Shown here: in pieces, positions 1 through 10,920 of the stretch
Layout: every line of letters starts with the position of its first letter
How positions within the stretch are numbered: the first letter of the stretch is position 1
Position numbers and translations under genes: made by a program
Notes under the pieces: generated by a model
What the model saw: the letters and a program-made list of their open reading frames with translations, nothing else
What the model was told of the DNA's origin: nothing
The model's database searches: none
Assembly: GCA_964650375.1 (NCBI GenBank)
Contig: CAZYTB010000001.1
Span: forward strand, 2,052-60,519
DNA length: 58,468 nt
Source: an uncultured Campylobacterales bacterium
GTDB lineage: Bacteria; Campylobacterota; Campylobacteria; Campylobacterales; Sulfurospirillaceae
Reading direction: 5' to 3'

Positions 1-35
1 ACTTTTACCTGAACACTTTTACCTGAACACTTTTA
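1..35. repeat. 14-bp tandem repeat ACTTTTACCTGAAC x2.5 at window edge
   Basis: Identical units at 1-14 and 15-28, partial at 29-35; edge position suggests an assembly artefact. Confidence 0.8.
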
Positions 36-212
36 TTTGATCCATCATCTGGTGCCATTAATGCGCTATTGATGACAAATCATGTTGTAGCTGATCCTAT
101 TAATTTTTTTGGAGCTACTAGTTTCCCTGTAAGTATATTTGGTTTTAGTTTTAATTTTCCCCTAGCATTAACATCGGTTATTATATTTGAATCTTGGAGA
201 TATTTTCCTTTA
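27..212 (+). pseudogene. Internal fragment of carbohydrate ABC transporter permease (MalF/UgpA-like)
   Basis: Frame reads TLLFDPSSGAINALL...PINFFG...PLALTSVIIFESWRYFPL, typical of sugar ABC permeases; resemblance ends abruptly after YFPL. Confidence 0.6.
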
Positions 213-231
213 GGAGACCACTGCACAGTAA

Positions 232-672
232 CAACAAGGAGCACCGCTTTCTTTATATTCTAATCCGTCAAACTTATTTGCAGCAACATTCATAGGTTCG
301 CCCAAAATGAATATTTTTGAATGTAAAAATACTCAAAAAATAGGTAAGGTTAAACTCAAAAATGGCATAATCCAAAATATACATGCTGATAATTTTACAG
401 AAGAAGAAGCAGTGCTTTATGGAATTAGACAAGAACATATTAGCATTTCTAGCTCTACAGTTAATGGCTTATTAGGAAAAGTAGGTGTTGTCGAACATTT
501 AGAAAGTGAAACTTTTATATATGCCGATATTGATAATTTAGGCACAATAACAGTTAAAATTCCAGGTACCTATATATGCGATATTGGTGATTCCATTAAC
601 CTGTCTTTTGATCCAAATCATGGACATATCTTTGATAAACATAATCAAGCTATTTCAAGTCGTATAAATTAA
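232..672 (+). pseudogene. C-terminal fragment (regulatory/TOBE region) of sugar ABC transporter ATPase (MalK/UgpC-like)
   Basis: Frame open from 232: QQGAPLSLYSNPSNLFAATFIGSPKMN...YGIRQEHI...VEHLESETFIY; in-frame TAA at 229-231; no Walker A/B. Confidence 0.75.
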
Positions 673-868
673 AAATATAACAACTCACTTTTCAAATGAC
701 ATATTTGAAATTATGAGAGTAGGGCTTTCTTCATATTGTTTTGAAATACTATATATAGTACAATTTTTCATATTCAACACTACTCATTCCTTTTTTTGCA
801 TTTTAAAATATTTTATATTTTTGTTTGTTAGTTATACAATATCGTTCTAGTTTTATATTTAAAAATAA

Positions 869-898
869 TACATAAAATAATATATATTATTTTATGTA
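869..898. repeat. Perfect 30-bp palindrome
   Basis: TACATAAAATAATAT|ATATTATTTTATGTA. Confidence 0.8.
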
Positions 899-947
899 AC
901 TATTGGTACTACGGATAATAATGTAACATAAAAGTTGTTATTTTGTC

Positions 948-965
948 TTACTAACATGTTAGTAA
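948..965. promoter_or_regulatory. Perfect 18-bp palindrome, candidate transcription-factor operator
   Basis: TTACTAACA|TGTTAGTAA, 120 bp upstream of the DUF2018 operon. Confidence 0.4.
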
Positions 966-1084
966 ATATGCAATTATCCTATTTATGTTTCACAGAAAAA
1001 TATAAAATCAAATGATTTATCTATGGAATTATTTTTATTTATGTAACTATATGTTATTATCTCTTTTTTAAAAAGGATAAAATA

Positions 1085-1366
1085 ATGTTATTTGAAGATG
1101 AAGATGATTACTTTATGGGAAGTCCTAGGAGTAAATTTTTTGATATAGTGTTTAATGCAAATAGATCATTGGTTGAAGAATCTATCATGAATATTGTAGA
1201 TAGATATAGCGCTATGGAACTGTTGTTAGAAGACTACATCAAAGACGATAATGAATTAGAGTATCGTTTGGGCGAAATTTTAAGAGATAGAAGTGATGAT
1301 GTTTTAAGAACAAGTAATAATCTGTATATAGTTGCAACCGGCGATGTCCTTACTCAGCAAGAGTAA
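1085..1366 (+). CDS. DUF2018 family protein (Cj0539-like)
   Basis: GSPRSKFFDIVFNAN motif, AAGGA RBS, conserved position upstream of ispB-hemA-proS in Campylobacterota. Confidence 0.75.
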   Translation: MLFEDEDDYFMGSPRSKFFDIVFNANRSLVEESIMNIVDRYSAMELLLEDYIKDDNELEYRLGEILRDRSDDVLRTSNNLYIVATGDVLTQQE

Positions 1367-1802
1367 AATTCTTTTTGTAATTTCTTTTTTGCTTGTTGAT
1401 TTAACTTTTGCAAAAACACAGAGTCTTTGGAATTTTCAATATAGCTTTAATCTCAAAAAAGATAAAATTGCAAAGGTGTATATAAAAAAAACTGCCAATA
1501 AAAATAAGCAAAAAAATAGTTCATATTTGTTAAAATTCAGATGGACATTGTATGAAAATAAGAACTTGATTTTATTGTCAAACTATATGGGTTATCCATA
1601 TCAGTATGTTTTAAAAAAAGAAAGTTCACTTAATAGTGTAAAAATTAAGTTATTAAGCTCTGCAAATGCTTATAATGGTAGGACTTATGCACTTATAGTT
1701 TTCTCTGATTTTAATGAAAAGAAACAAATAGCAACACTAAATGTATATATCAAAGATGACAAAAAGAGAATTTCAGTAAAATTTGAAGAACCGCAAAAAT
1801 AG
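1332..1802 (+). CDS. Exported hypothetical protein (Cj0540-like); start may be ATG 1344
   Basis: Signal-peptide-like N-terminus, FRWTLY motif, synteny. Confidence 0.65.
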   Translation: MQPAMSLLSKSKILFVISFLLVDLTFAKTQSLWNFQYSFNLKKDKIAKVYIKKTANKNKQKNSSYLLKFRWTLYENKNLILLSNYMGYPYQYVLKKESSLNSVKIKLLSSANAYNGRTYALIVFSDFNEKKQIATLNVYIKDDKKRISVKFEEPQK

Positions 1803-1828
1803 AGAATGTTAACTCTAAATAAGGAATT

Positions 1829-2728
1829 ATGTTGTTAGAACATGTTGAAGTTTTAATGAGGGAACTAGTAGAGTCACTAGGTGACAAAAACAGCTTGGAA
1901 TTATTTCAAAAAGTTCCAAAAGGCAAAAGATTAAGAGCAAAATTAATATTGAAAATAGCAGGGAAAAGTGAAGATGCTTATAAACTAGCCGCTATTGTTG
2001 AGTTAATTCACGCAGCGAGTTTACTCCATGATGATGTTATAGATGATGCATTAACGAGGAGAGGTGAAGATTCGATAAATGCAATATTTGGAAATAAGAC
2101 TTCTATAATGTTAGGGGATATTTTATATTCAAAAGCTTTTACATCCTTGACATATTTACCAAATAATGTTGCCTACAAGGTCGCAAATGCTGTTGCGCTA
2201 CTCTCAGTTGGGGAACTTCTAGATGTTGAACTATCACATAACTTTAATAGTAATGAAGAAATATATTTTGACATGATATATAAAAAAACAGCATCTTTGA
2301 TAGAAGCAGCATCTGCAAGTGCTGCGATGCTTTGTGAAAAAGATGTAAAAATCTATGAAATATATGGTAAAAACCTAGGTTTGGCTTTTCAAGTGATAGA
2401 TGATGTTTTGGATATTACTACAGATAGTACAAAACTTGGAAAACCTTCGCTAAATGACTTTAGAGAAGGGAAGACTACTCTGCCTTATCTTTACATGTAT
2501 CAAAGAATAACTAAAGAAGATAAAAAAAAGCTACTTAGCTTGTTTAAAAAAGATTTAGGTGAAGATGATAAAATATGGGTTAAAAATAAAATGAAGGAGA
2601 CCTCTAGCTTGATTGATTCTATAGAATATGCGAAAAAATTGGGCTTAGAAGCTCTGAGAGTGATTAAAGACGAAAAAAATGATGAACTGAGTAAGATAAT
2701 AAAAGAGATGATTGAGAGGGAATTTTAA
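1829..2728 (+). CDS. ispB: Polyprenyl (octaprenyl) diphosphate synthase
   Basis: GKRLR, LLHDDVID..RRG (first Asp-rich motif) and FQVIDDVLD (second) motifs. Confidence 0.92.
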   Translation: MLLEHVEVLMRELVESLGDKNSLELFQKVPKGKRLRAKLILKIAGKSEDAYKLAAIVELIHAASLLHDDVIDDALTRRGEDSINAIFGNKTSIMLGDILYSKAFTSLTYLPNNVAYKVANAVALLSVGELLDVELSHNFNSNEEIYFDMIYKKTASLIEAASASAAMLCEKDVKIYEIYGKNLGLAFQVIDDVLDITTDSTKLGKPSLNDFREGKTTLPYLYMYQRITKEDKKKLLSLFKKDLGEDDKIWVKNKMKETSSLIDSIEYAKKLGLEALRVIKDEKNDELSKIIKEMIEREF

Positions 2729-4032
2729 TGCATTATCTTACAGTGAGCTTCACTCATAAAAATACTGATATAAAGATTAGAGAAAAATTATCTCTGATTG
2801 ACGAAGAAAAGCGACACAATTTTCAAGAAAGGCTAAATAGCTTTGAGCAAATAAATGAATCCATAGTTCTTTCTACTTGCAATAGGGTTGAGATTATTTT
2901 AAGTGTTGTTAATTGTGAAGATACTATAAAATATGTCTTCAGTGAGCTCTCTGTGACTTCTGGAGTTCCACTAGACGATTTAGATGGCAGAGGAGATATA
3001 TATGAGGACAATGGTGCCATTCACCATCTGTTTTCTGTTATATCATCATTAGATAGTTTAGTTATAGGTGAAACACAAATTGTTGGACAACTAAAAGATG
3101 CATATAGATTTTCCTTTGAAAAAGGCTTGTGTGACCAAAAATTAAGCCGGGCTATGCATCATGCTTTTAAATGCGCTGCTTCTGTTAGAAGCAATACTGA
3201 AATTTCAAAAAATTCCATCTCGGTCTCAAGCGTTGCAGTATCCAAGGCAAAAGATATTTTTGGTAATCTTGATGGCTCAACAGCCTTGGTTGTAGGTGCA
3301 GGAGAGATGAGCAGGCTTGCTGCGCAACATTTAATCGCGAATGGTGTAAATATTATCATTATTAATAGAAATTTAGAAAATGCACAAAAATTATCAGATG
3401 AACTTGGAGAAATGGCCAGTACTGCGCCTTTTTCAAAACTAATAGAATATACAAATAGGTATAAACTACTTTTTAGTGCGACAGGAGCACCTCATACTGT
3501 TATTACCAAAGATATGGTGGAAAAACAGGAATTTGAGCGACATTGGTTTGATATAGCAATACCAAGGGATATAGAATCATGTGATATAGAAAATCTGCAT
3601 ATATATGCAGTTGATGATTTGAAAGATATAGCAAACAAAAACATGGCGCAAAGGGAAGAACAAGCGAAGATAGCATACTCAATAATTGGCAAATCAACTA
3701 TGGAATTTTTCAAATGGTTACAAACTCTATGTATTGATCCTATTATAAAAGAGATGAGAATCAAAGCTCATGAATGCTCAATGTACGAATTAAATAGAGC
3801 AATCAAAAAAGGTTTTATTGATGAATCACAAAAAGATGAAATAATGAAAATTATCCATCACGCTTTCAATGATTTTTTGCATATACCAACAAAAAGGCTA
3901 AAAGAAATAGCTGAAAAATCTGAAGCTGATGTTATTGTGCAATCAGTTCAATATATTTTTGACATAAATGAAGACCAATCAAAAAAATTAAATATATATA
4001 AATGCGAATACCAAATGGAGAATAATGCATGA
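2728..4032 (+). CDS. hemA: Glutamyl-tRNA reductase
   Basis: STCNRVE catalytic motif, [25 protein letters not shown]. Confidence 0.97.
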   Translation: MHYLTVSFTHKNTDIKIREKLSLIDEEKRHNFQERLNSFEQINESIVLSTCNRVEIILSVVNCEDTIKYVFSELSVTSGVPLDDLDGRGDIYEDNGAIHHLFSVISSLDSLVIGETQIVGQLKDAYRFSFEKGLCDQKLSRAMHHAFKCAASVRSNTEISKNSISVSSVAVSKAKDIFGNLDGSTALVVGAGEMSRLAAQHLIANGVNIIIINRNLENAQKLSDELGEMASTAPFSKLIEYTNRYKLLFSATGAPHTVITKDMVEKQEFERHWFDIAIPRDIESCDIENLHIYAVDDLKDIANKNMAQREEQAKIAYSIIGKSTMEFFKWLQTLCIDPIIKEMRIKAHECSMYELNRAIKKGFIDESQKDEIMKIIHHAFNDFLHIPTKRLKEIAEKSEADVIVQSVQYIFDINEDQSKKLNIYKCEYQMENNA

Positions 4033-5735
4033 GATTTTCTAAATTATATGCCCCAACTACAAAAGATGCACCAAAAGATGCAACCTTACCTAGCCACAAG
4101 TTTTTACTAAGAGGTGGATTTGTTACACAAAATGGCAGTGGATTATATAGTTTTTTGCCATTAGGCAAAATTGTGTTGGATAAGATAAGAGATATTGTAA
4201 AAGAAGAAATGGACAATGCGGGAGCACAAGAGATACAGATGGGCGTTGTAACTCCAGCTGAATTATGGAAGCAAAGTGGAAGATATGATATTTTTGGAAA
4301 ATAATTATTAAGATTAAAAGATAGAAAAAATAATGAATTTGTACTCGGTCCTACGCACGAAGAAGTTGTAGTTAATATAGTAAGAAATATTGTTAAAAGC
4401 TATAAGCAACTGCCTTTGCATCTATATCAAATAACTACAAAATTCAGAGATGAAGCAAGACCAAGATTTGGACTTCTTAGGGGTAGAGAATTTATCATGA
4501 AAGATGGATACAGTTTTCATGATTCACAAGAATCTCTAAAAGCTGAATTTGATTTAATGGAAGAAACTTATAGAAAGATTTTTACAAGACTTGGGCTGAA
4601 CTTTAGAGTTGTTGAAGCTGATAGCGGCGCAATTGGCGGAAGCGGCAGTAAAGAGTTTATGGTGCTTGCTGATAATGGAGAAGATGATATTGTAGTTTGT
4701 AATACATGTGAATATGCTGCAAATATTGAAGCTGCAAGAAGAGCTAAAAAAATAACAACTGTGGAAGCGCCAGAAGCTAAGTTTGCAAAATTTTATACTC
4801 CAACTCCTATAAAAGAGAGCATTAAACATATAGCAGAATTTTTTAAAGTAGATGAATTTTATACCATCAAATCTGTTATAAAAAAAGCTATTTATAAAGA
4901 TGAAGAAAAAATCATATCTTTTTTTGTAAGAGGAAACGACACTTTACAGGAAACAAAAGCTACAAACGCTTGCGGGGCTTTAGAATTGGTTGATGCAAAC
5001 GAAGAAGAAGTCAGAGCCGCTGGTTTTAATCCAGGATTTTGCGGACCAATTGGATTGCCTGATGATGCGGAATTTTATATAGACTATGAATTAAAAGAAG
5101 AAAAAAACCTGATTTGTGGTGCAAATGAAGAAAAATACCACTTCGTGGGTGTTTCTATGTTTAATTTTAAAGATAGTAGATATAAAGACTTGTGTGAAGT
5201 TCAAGAGGGTGATATTTGTGCAAACTGTGGAGGAAAACTTAGTATTACAAAAGGTATAGAAGTAGGGCATATCTTTCAACTTGGTCAAAAATACGCATCT
5301 GCTATGAATGCAACATTTTTGGACAACAACGGCAAAGCTCAGCCTTTTTATATGGGATGTTATGGTGTTGGAGTAAGTAGATTAGTGGCTGTTATGATAG
5401 AAGCAAGCCATGATGAGAAAGGTGCTATCTGGAATAAACAGAGTGCTCCTTATCTTTTGGATATCATTATCTCAAATGTAAAAGATGAAGAGCAAAGTAG
5501 TTTTGCAAATGAACTGTATGAAAAATTAGATAAGAAAAAAGTTTTATTAGATGATAGAAAAGAGAGATTTGGAGTTAAGATGGGAGATTTTGAACTTATA
5601 GGCTTTCCTTATGCTCTGATTATTGGAAAAAGCTTGAAGGATGGAGAAGTAGAGTTGATTGAGCGAAAAACCTTAAAAAAGAAAAAAATAAACAAAGATG
5701 AAATTTTAAATATTTTGAAAAGTACTCTATCTTGA
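4029..5735 (+). CDS. proS: Proline--tRNA ligase, interrupted by a single in-frame TAA at 4302-4304
   Basis: The two ORFs are in the same frame; reading through gives [23 protein letters not shown], then [38 protein letters not shown]. Confidence 0.93.
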
Positions 5736-6142
5736 TTTATTTTTTAATATATCTATTTTTAGAAGTTACGATTACTGTAAACATAGCCTCTGCCATAGGA
5801 GCTTTTTGGACTTTTGTTGAAATTATAATTTCTGCTATGGTTGGCTTTGGATTGATAGCAAATTTTAGATATACATTTTTTGAGAGTTTACAAGCTTTGA
5901 ATAATAGAGAAATCTCTATAGAAGAGTTTCAAAAACTCAATGCTTTTTCACTGCTCGGTGCAATTTTGCTGATATTACCAGGGTTTTTTAGTGATATTTT
6001 GGGAATTTTACTACAGTTTGGTTTTTTTGCAACACTTTTTGCAAGAAAAGTTCTACATGTAAAGAAATATGAAAATTTTAATAAAGGAAAGGATGATGAT
6101 GTCATTGATGTTGAGATTATTGAGCATAATTCTAGTAAGTAG
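5732..6142 (+). CDS. fxsA: FxsA family membrane protein
   Basis: LLILPGFFSDILG motif, C-terminal DVIDVE, synteny. Confidence 0.85.
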   Translation: MIYFLIYLFLEVTITVNIASAIGAFWTFVEIIISAMVGFGLIANFRYTFFESLQALNNREISIEEFQKLNAFSLLGAILLILPGFFSDILGILLQFGFFATLFARKVLHVKKYENFNKGKDDDVIDVEIIEHNSSK

Positions 6143-6950
6143 CTCTCTTTTAAGTGCGGGAGTAAATAAGACAACTGAAGATAAAATTGTAAATTTTATA
6201 AATAAAGCCGTAAACGCAGGCAAAGGCTATAAGTTTAAAAAAGTTACAATAATGTATGAAGAAACAGTTCCATCTATGAAAAATTGGAAAGCGTACTTTC
6301 TAAAGATAGACTTGGATATACCTTCTAAAAAGAAAGATATTTCTGTAAGAGATATTATATTTTCAAATGGTGTACTTCTCAGCAAAGATTTGATAGAGAT
6401 AAATAGTGGAAGAAGCATAAAAAGCGATTTTTCATTTCCGGCTAACAATAAACTATACAATAAAGAACATCTATTAGTTGGAAATATGAATGCAAAAAAT
6501 AAATTAATTTTATTCAGTGATCCCTTATGTCCATTTTGTATGGATTTTGTACCAGATTTGATATCTTGGGTTAAAAAACATGATAAAAACTTTGCTCTTT
6601 ATTATTACTATTTTCCATTGTCAATTCACCCAGGAAATATATCTTTGATAAAAGCAGAACTAGCGGCTGAAAAACTAGGCAAAATAAAAGATTTGAGCTC
6701 AAAAGTATATAGTGAAGCTTTTGATTTTACAAAATCAGATGAAGCTAGTGTTCTAAGTGCTTTCAATAAAGCATTTAAAACTACTTTGACAAAGGAGCAA
6801 CTGAATTCAAAAAATATATCAGAGCGTATAAAAAATGATTTAGCAGTTGCAAACAGTTTAATGATAAGAGGAACTCCAACTTTATATGTAAATGGAAAAA
6901 AAGATCCAACAAGATCACTTTATAAAAAATTAGCAAAAGAGAATAAATAG
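6093..6950 (+). CDS. Periplasmic thioredoxin-fold DsbA/DsbC-like disulfide oxidoreductase (ORF track starts at 6069)
   Basis: Signal peptide, FSDPLCPFC (CxxC), cis-Pro loop RGTPT. Confidence 0.85.
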   Translation: MMMSLMLRLLSIILVSSSLLSAGVNKTTEDKIVNFINKAVNAGKGYKFKKVTIMYEETVPSMKNWKAYFLKIDLDIPSKKKDISVRDIIFSNGVLLSKDLIEINSGRSIKSDFSFPANNKLYNKEHLLVGNMNAKNKLILFSDPLCPFCMDFVPDLISWVKKHDKNFALYYYYFPLSIHPGNISLIKAELAAEKLGKIKDLSSKVYSEAFDFTKSDEASVLSAFNKAFKTTLTKEQLNSKNISERIKNDLAVANSLMIRGTPTLYVNGKKDPTRSLYKKLAKENK

Positions 6951-6952
6951 TC

Positions 6953-7900
6953 ATGAAAAAACTGATAATAGCTACAAGAGGAAGCAAGTTAGCTTTATGG
7001 CAATCAGAACACATAAAAGAAGTTTTAGAAAATACTCATGAAAATCTCGAAGTTGTGCTTAAAATAATGATGACAAAAGGCGATAAAATCTTAGATGTTC
7101 CGCTAGCCAAAATTGGCGGCAAAGGACTTTTTACAAAAGAACTAGAAGAAGCGATGCTAAGAGGTGAGGCACACATTGCTGTACATAGTTTAAAGGATGT
7201 CCCTATGACTCTTCCTGATGGCTTAAAACTGTCTGTTATCACAAAAAGAGAAGATGTAAGAGATGCTATGTTATCCCAAAAATACTCTTGTCTAGATGAC
7301 CTTCCGCAAGGCAGTGTTGTGGGAACTACAAGTCTTAGAAGAAGAATGCAACTTTTAGAATTAAGACCTGATTTGGTGATAAAAAATCTAAGAGGCAATG
7401 TAAATACAAGAATTAGAAAATTAAAAGAGGGTCGATATGATGCTATCATCTTGGCAAGTGCCGGTATAAACAGATTAGGACTTAGTAAAGAAGTCGAATA
7501 CTTTTCTCCAATTGATACAAGCGTCATGATTCCGGCATCTGGTCAAGCAGCTCTTGGTATAGAGATAGTAGATAATCTTGAAGTTGAAAAACTTGTGTCT
7601 GCACTAAATGATGACAATGCTATCATAGAAACTACAATTGAAAGAGATTTTGTGGCTGTGTTAGAAGGCGGTTGTCAAGTTCCGATAGGCATAAATGCAA
7701 AAATTAATAATGATGACACTATAGATATAGCTTGTCTTATTGGATTGCCCAATGGAATGGAAATTTTAAAAGAAAAAATTCAGATAAAAAAAGATGCTTA
7801 TAAGGGAATTGGTGCCAAACTTGCACAAAACATGATAGACAATGGCGCTAGAGAATTACTAAAAAAAGCAGAAGATATGGCACTAAACGAGATTTTGTAA
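6953..7900 (+). CDS. hemC: Hydroxymethylbilane synthase (porphobilinogen deaminase)
   Basis: [43 protein letters not shown]. Confidence 0.98.
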   Translation: MKKLIIATRGSKLALWQSEHIKEVLENTHENLEVVLKIMMTKGDKILDVPLAKIGGKGLFTKELEEAMLRGEAHIAVHSLKDVPMTLPDGLKLSVITKREDVRDAMLSQKYSCLDDLPQGSVVGTTSLRRRMQLLELRPDLVIKNLRGNVNTRIRKLKEGRYDAIILASAGINRLGLSKEVEYFSPIDTSVMIPASGQAALGIEIVDNLEVEKLVSALNDDNAIIETTIERDFVAVLEGGCQVPIGINAKINNDDTIDIACLIGLPNGMEILKEKIQIKKDAYKGIGAKLAQNMIDNGARELLKKAEDMALNEIL

Positions 7901-7908
7901 GGTTCAAA

Positions 7909-9717
7909 ATGAAAAGAACAATAGAACTATTAAAAGAAAACAACTTACTAAAAATAATAAATGAAGAAGTTGATATTGATCTTGAGATGGCTCATATTGC
8001 TTATATTGAAGTAAAACAAGAGGATTCAAAAGCCATACTTTTCACACATCCAGCCAGTAAAAGATTAGATAAAAAGTTTGATATTCCAGTTTTGATGAAT
8101 GTTTTTGGCTCATACAAAGCAACAAAATTAATATTTGAAAAAGAACCTGATGAGGTAGCTGCTAAAATTGAAGAACTACTTCACATGAAACCACCATCAA
8201 GTCTTTGGGACAAATTTAGTATGCTTGGTGAGCTCTTTAGTCTCAAAAATATTTTTCCAAAAAGAATAAATGCAAAGGCGCAATGTCAAGAAGTTGTTCT
8301 TGATAATATAGATTTATTTAATCTACCAATTCTTAAAACTTGGCCAGAAGATGGTGGCGCTTTTATCACTATGGGGCAAGTTTATACTCAAAGCTTAGAT
8401 GGTGAGAAACAAAATCTAGGTATGTATAGACTGCAAGTTTATGATAAAAATAGACTTGGAATGCATTGGCAAATACACAAAGATAGTGCACACTTTTTTA
8501 ACGAATACAAAAAAGCTGGCAAAAAAATGCCTGTAAGTATAGCAATTGGCGGAGATCCACTTTATATTTGGTGTGGACAAGCTCCTATGCCAAATGGCAT
8601 GTTTGAGCTTTTACTGTATGGTTTGATAAAAGAAAAAAATGCAGTTTTGGTAAAGTCAAAAACAAATCCAATATATATACCAGCTGATAGTGATATAGTT
8701 ATAGAAGGTTGGGTAGATCCAGTAAAAGAAGAGATAGAAGGACCTTTTGGTGACCATACAGGATATTATACATTAAGAGAGCCTTATCCCGTTATGGATA
8801 TAACTTGTATAACAACCAAGAAAAATCCTGTATATCAAGCTACAGTTGTCGGAAAGCCTCCACTAGAGGATAAATATATGGCTTGGGCAACGGAGCGAAT
8901 TTTCTTACCACTTTTAAAAACTACAACTCCAGATTTAATTGATTATAAGATGCCAGAAAATGGCGTTTTTCACAATCTAATCTTAGCAAAAATGAAAACT
9001 TGTTACCCAGGACATGCAAAGCAGTTTATGCATGCTTTTTGGGGAGTAGGACAGATGAGTTTTGTAAAACACGCCTTTTTTGTAAATGAAGATGCACCAG
9101 CACTTGATAATTATGAAGATATTAGTGATTATATTTTAGACCGCGTAAGTGTAGATAATATACTTATTAGCGAAGGAATTTGTGACGCACTTGACCATGC
9201 CTCTCCAAATGCTTGTTATGGTGGAAAACTTGGTGTTGATTGCACCAAAGATAATGTGAGGTATCCTAAAAAAAATATATTGAAAGATAAAGAACTTTAT
9301 GATAGAATACGCTCCAAAGTTAATGATGTAGTTGACATCTGTCAGTACAAAACGCATACAAAGACTCCAATAACAATAATAGCAGTAAATAAAAAAAGAG
9401 ATATCAAAAAAGTTTACGAAGATTTAAAAGATTTGAAAGAGTTTATGAAGCTTTTAATTTTTGTAGATTCTGCTAAAAATGATATCAAAAATCCTTACAT
9501 GTTGATATGGAGAATTGTGAATAATATAGATGCAAAAAGAGATATCTTCTTAGAAGAAGAGTTTATTGGGATTGATGCTACAAATAAAAGCAGTATTGAT
9601 GGTTACACTAGAGAATGGCCAGGAGATACTGATTGCGACCAAAAAATTTTAGAATCCTTGATAAAGCGAGGACTGATTACAAATAATAAGGAGTTGTTAA
9701 AACACTATCATGTCTGA
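7909..9717 (+). CDS. ubiD: UbiD-family decarboxylase (menaquinone/futalosine pathway type)
   Basis: WPEDGG, NLGMYRLQ, EGPFGDHTGYY motifs; ~600-aa Campylobacterota form. Confidence 0.9.
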   Translation: MKRTIELLKENNLLKIINEEVDIDLEMAHIAYIEVKQEDSKAILFTHPASKRLDKKFDIPVLMNVFGSYKATKLIFEKEPDEVAAKIEELLHMKPPSSLWDKFSMLGELFSLKNIFPKRINAKAQCQEVVLDNIDLFNLPILKTWPEDGGAFITMGQVYTQSLDGEKQNLGMYRLQVYDKNRLGMHWQIHKDSAHFFNEYKKAGKKMPVSIAIGGDPLYIWCGQAPMPNGMFELLLYGLIKEKNAVLVKSKTNPIYIPADSDIVIEGWVDPVKEEIEGPFGDHTGYYTLREPYPVMDITCITTKKNPVYQATVVGKPPLEDKYMAWATERIFLPLLKTTTPDLIDYKMPENGVFHNLILAKMKTCYPGHAKQFMHAFWGVGQMSFVKHAFFVNEDAPALDNYEDISDYILDRVSVDNILISEGICDALDHASPNACYGGKLGVDCTKDNVRYPKKNILKDKELYDRIRSKVNDVVDICQYKTHTKTPITIIAVNKKRDIKKVYEDLKDLKEFMKLLIFVDSAKNDIKNPYMLIWRIVNNIDAKRDIFLEEEFIGIDATNKSSIDGYTREWPGDTDCDQKILESLIKRGLITNNKELLKHYHV

Positions 9718-9774
9718 TTCATCGTCGAACATGCGGTGTCGTATCTTTAAAACCACACATGTAGGATTTAAAAT

Positions 9775-10824
9775 ATGACGCTGCTAATTATATATTTTAG
9801 CCTAGCAGTAGGCGTTTCATTTCTTTGCTCCATTTTGGAGTCTATACTTCTTTCTTTAAATATGCCATATATAAATGTAGTCAAAAAAGAAGACAAAATT
9901 GTTGGTAAATCTCTTGAAAAATTAAAAAAAGAACTTAATGTTTCATTGGCTTCGATTTTAATACTCAATACAGTAGCAAATACATTGGGTGCAGCAGGTG
10001 TTGGTGCAGAAGCCGCAAAACTTTTTGGTGCAGGATATATGTTTTATGTATCTGCTGTTTTGACTTTAGTTATATTATTTGTCTCAGAAATCATTCCAAA
10101 GACAGTAGGTGCCATGTATTATAAAGAATTAGCTCCGGCTGCTTCTTATTTTATTAACTTTTTTATATTTATTACCTATCCTCTTATTATTGTTTCTCTT
10201 TTTATAACAAAAAAAATATCCAAAGATAATCTATCTCATTCCATCACAAGAGAAGAGCTTTTAGAGAGTACTTTGATTAGTGAACATGGAGGCGTTATTG
10301 ACGAAAAGGAGTCTGATTACATTGAAAATATTTTAAGATTTGATAAGAGCAAAGTAGAAGAGATTTTGACACCAAGAAGTGTTATCTTTGCACTAGATAT
10401 GAACCAACAAATCAAAGAAGTTTTAAATAGACCTGGAATTAAGAAATTTTCTAGAATTCCACTTTATGACAGCACAATCGACAATATTGTAGGAGTTGTT
10501 CTTAGCAAGCAGATATTTGAAGAAGCTATCAGCAATCAAGAAACTAAACTTGAAAGTTTAATGCAGCCAATTTTCTCAATAAATGAGCATATTCCTGTAT
10601 CATATACTTTAGATTTGTTTATCAAAAGAAAAGAACATATGTTTTTAGTAACTGATAGTTATGACCAAACAGAAGGTATTGTAACGCTAGAAGATTGTAT
10701 CGAAACCCTTCTTGGAGTTGAGATAATGGATGAGCGGGACACCACTGAAGATATGAGAAAATTAGCAAAAGAAAAGATGAGAAACAAAAAACATAAGAAA
10801 CATAAGAAAAAATTAGAAAAATAA
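9775..10824 (+). CDS. CNNM/DUF21 + CBS-pair membrane protein (CorB/CorC-type cation transporter)
   Basis: SFLCSILES, ILILNTVANTLGA, SEIIPKT, FSRIPLY, GIVTLED. Confidence 0.9.
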   Translation: MTLLIIYFSLAVGVSFLCSILESILLSLNMPYINVVKKEDKIVGKSLEKLKKELNVSLASILILNTVANTLGAAGVGAEAAKLFGAGYMFYVSAVLTLVILFVSEIIPKTVGAMYYKELAPAASYFINFFIFITYPLIIVSLFITKKISKDNLSHSITREELLESTLISEHGGVIDEKESDYIENILRFDKSKVEEILTPRSVIFALDMNQQIKEVLNRPGIKKFSRIPLYDSTIDNIVGVVLSKQIFEEAISNQETKLESLMQPIFSINEHIPVSYTLDLFIKRKEHMFLVTDSYDQTEGIVTLEDCIETLLGVEIMDERDTTEDMRKLAKEKMRNKKHKKHKKKLEK

Positions 10825-10920
10825 GATAAAGAAGAAAATATCGAATCCTCTTCCATATAAAGGTTATTTATTATATAATTATTTGGTATTTTATTATGTA
10901 TATCGACTTTAGGAGTAAAT

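Noticed and set aside
24-4304. Alternative genetic code (TGA at 24-26 as Trp, TAA at 4302-4304 as Glu)
   Set aside because: TAA and TGA terminate many intact genes at the expected positions throughout the window
9718-9774. Metal-sensing riboswitch before the CNNM gene
   Set aside because: Only a weak ACATG/CATGT pairing in 57 bp; too short and no recognisable consensus; an Rfam scan would be needed
10789-10810. AAACATAAG tandem (KKHKKH tail) as a contingency locus
   Set aside because: Two in-frame copies in a low-complexity tail; no phase-variation potential evident
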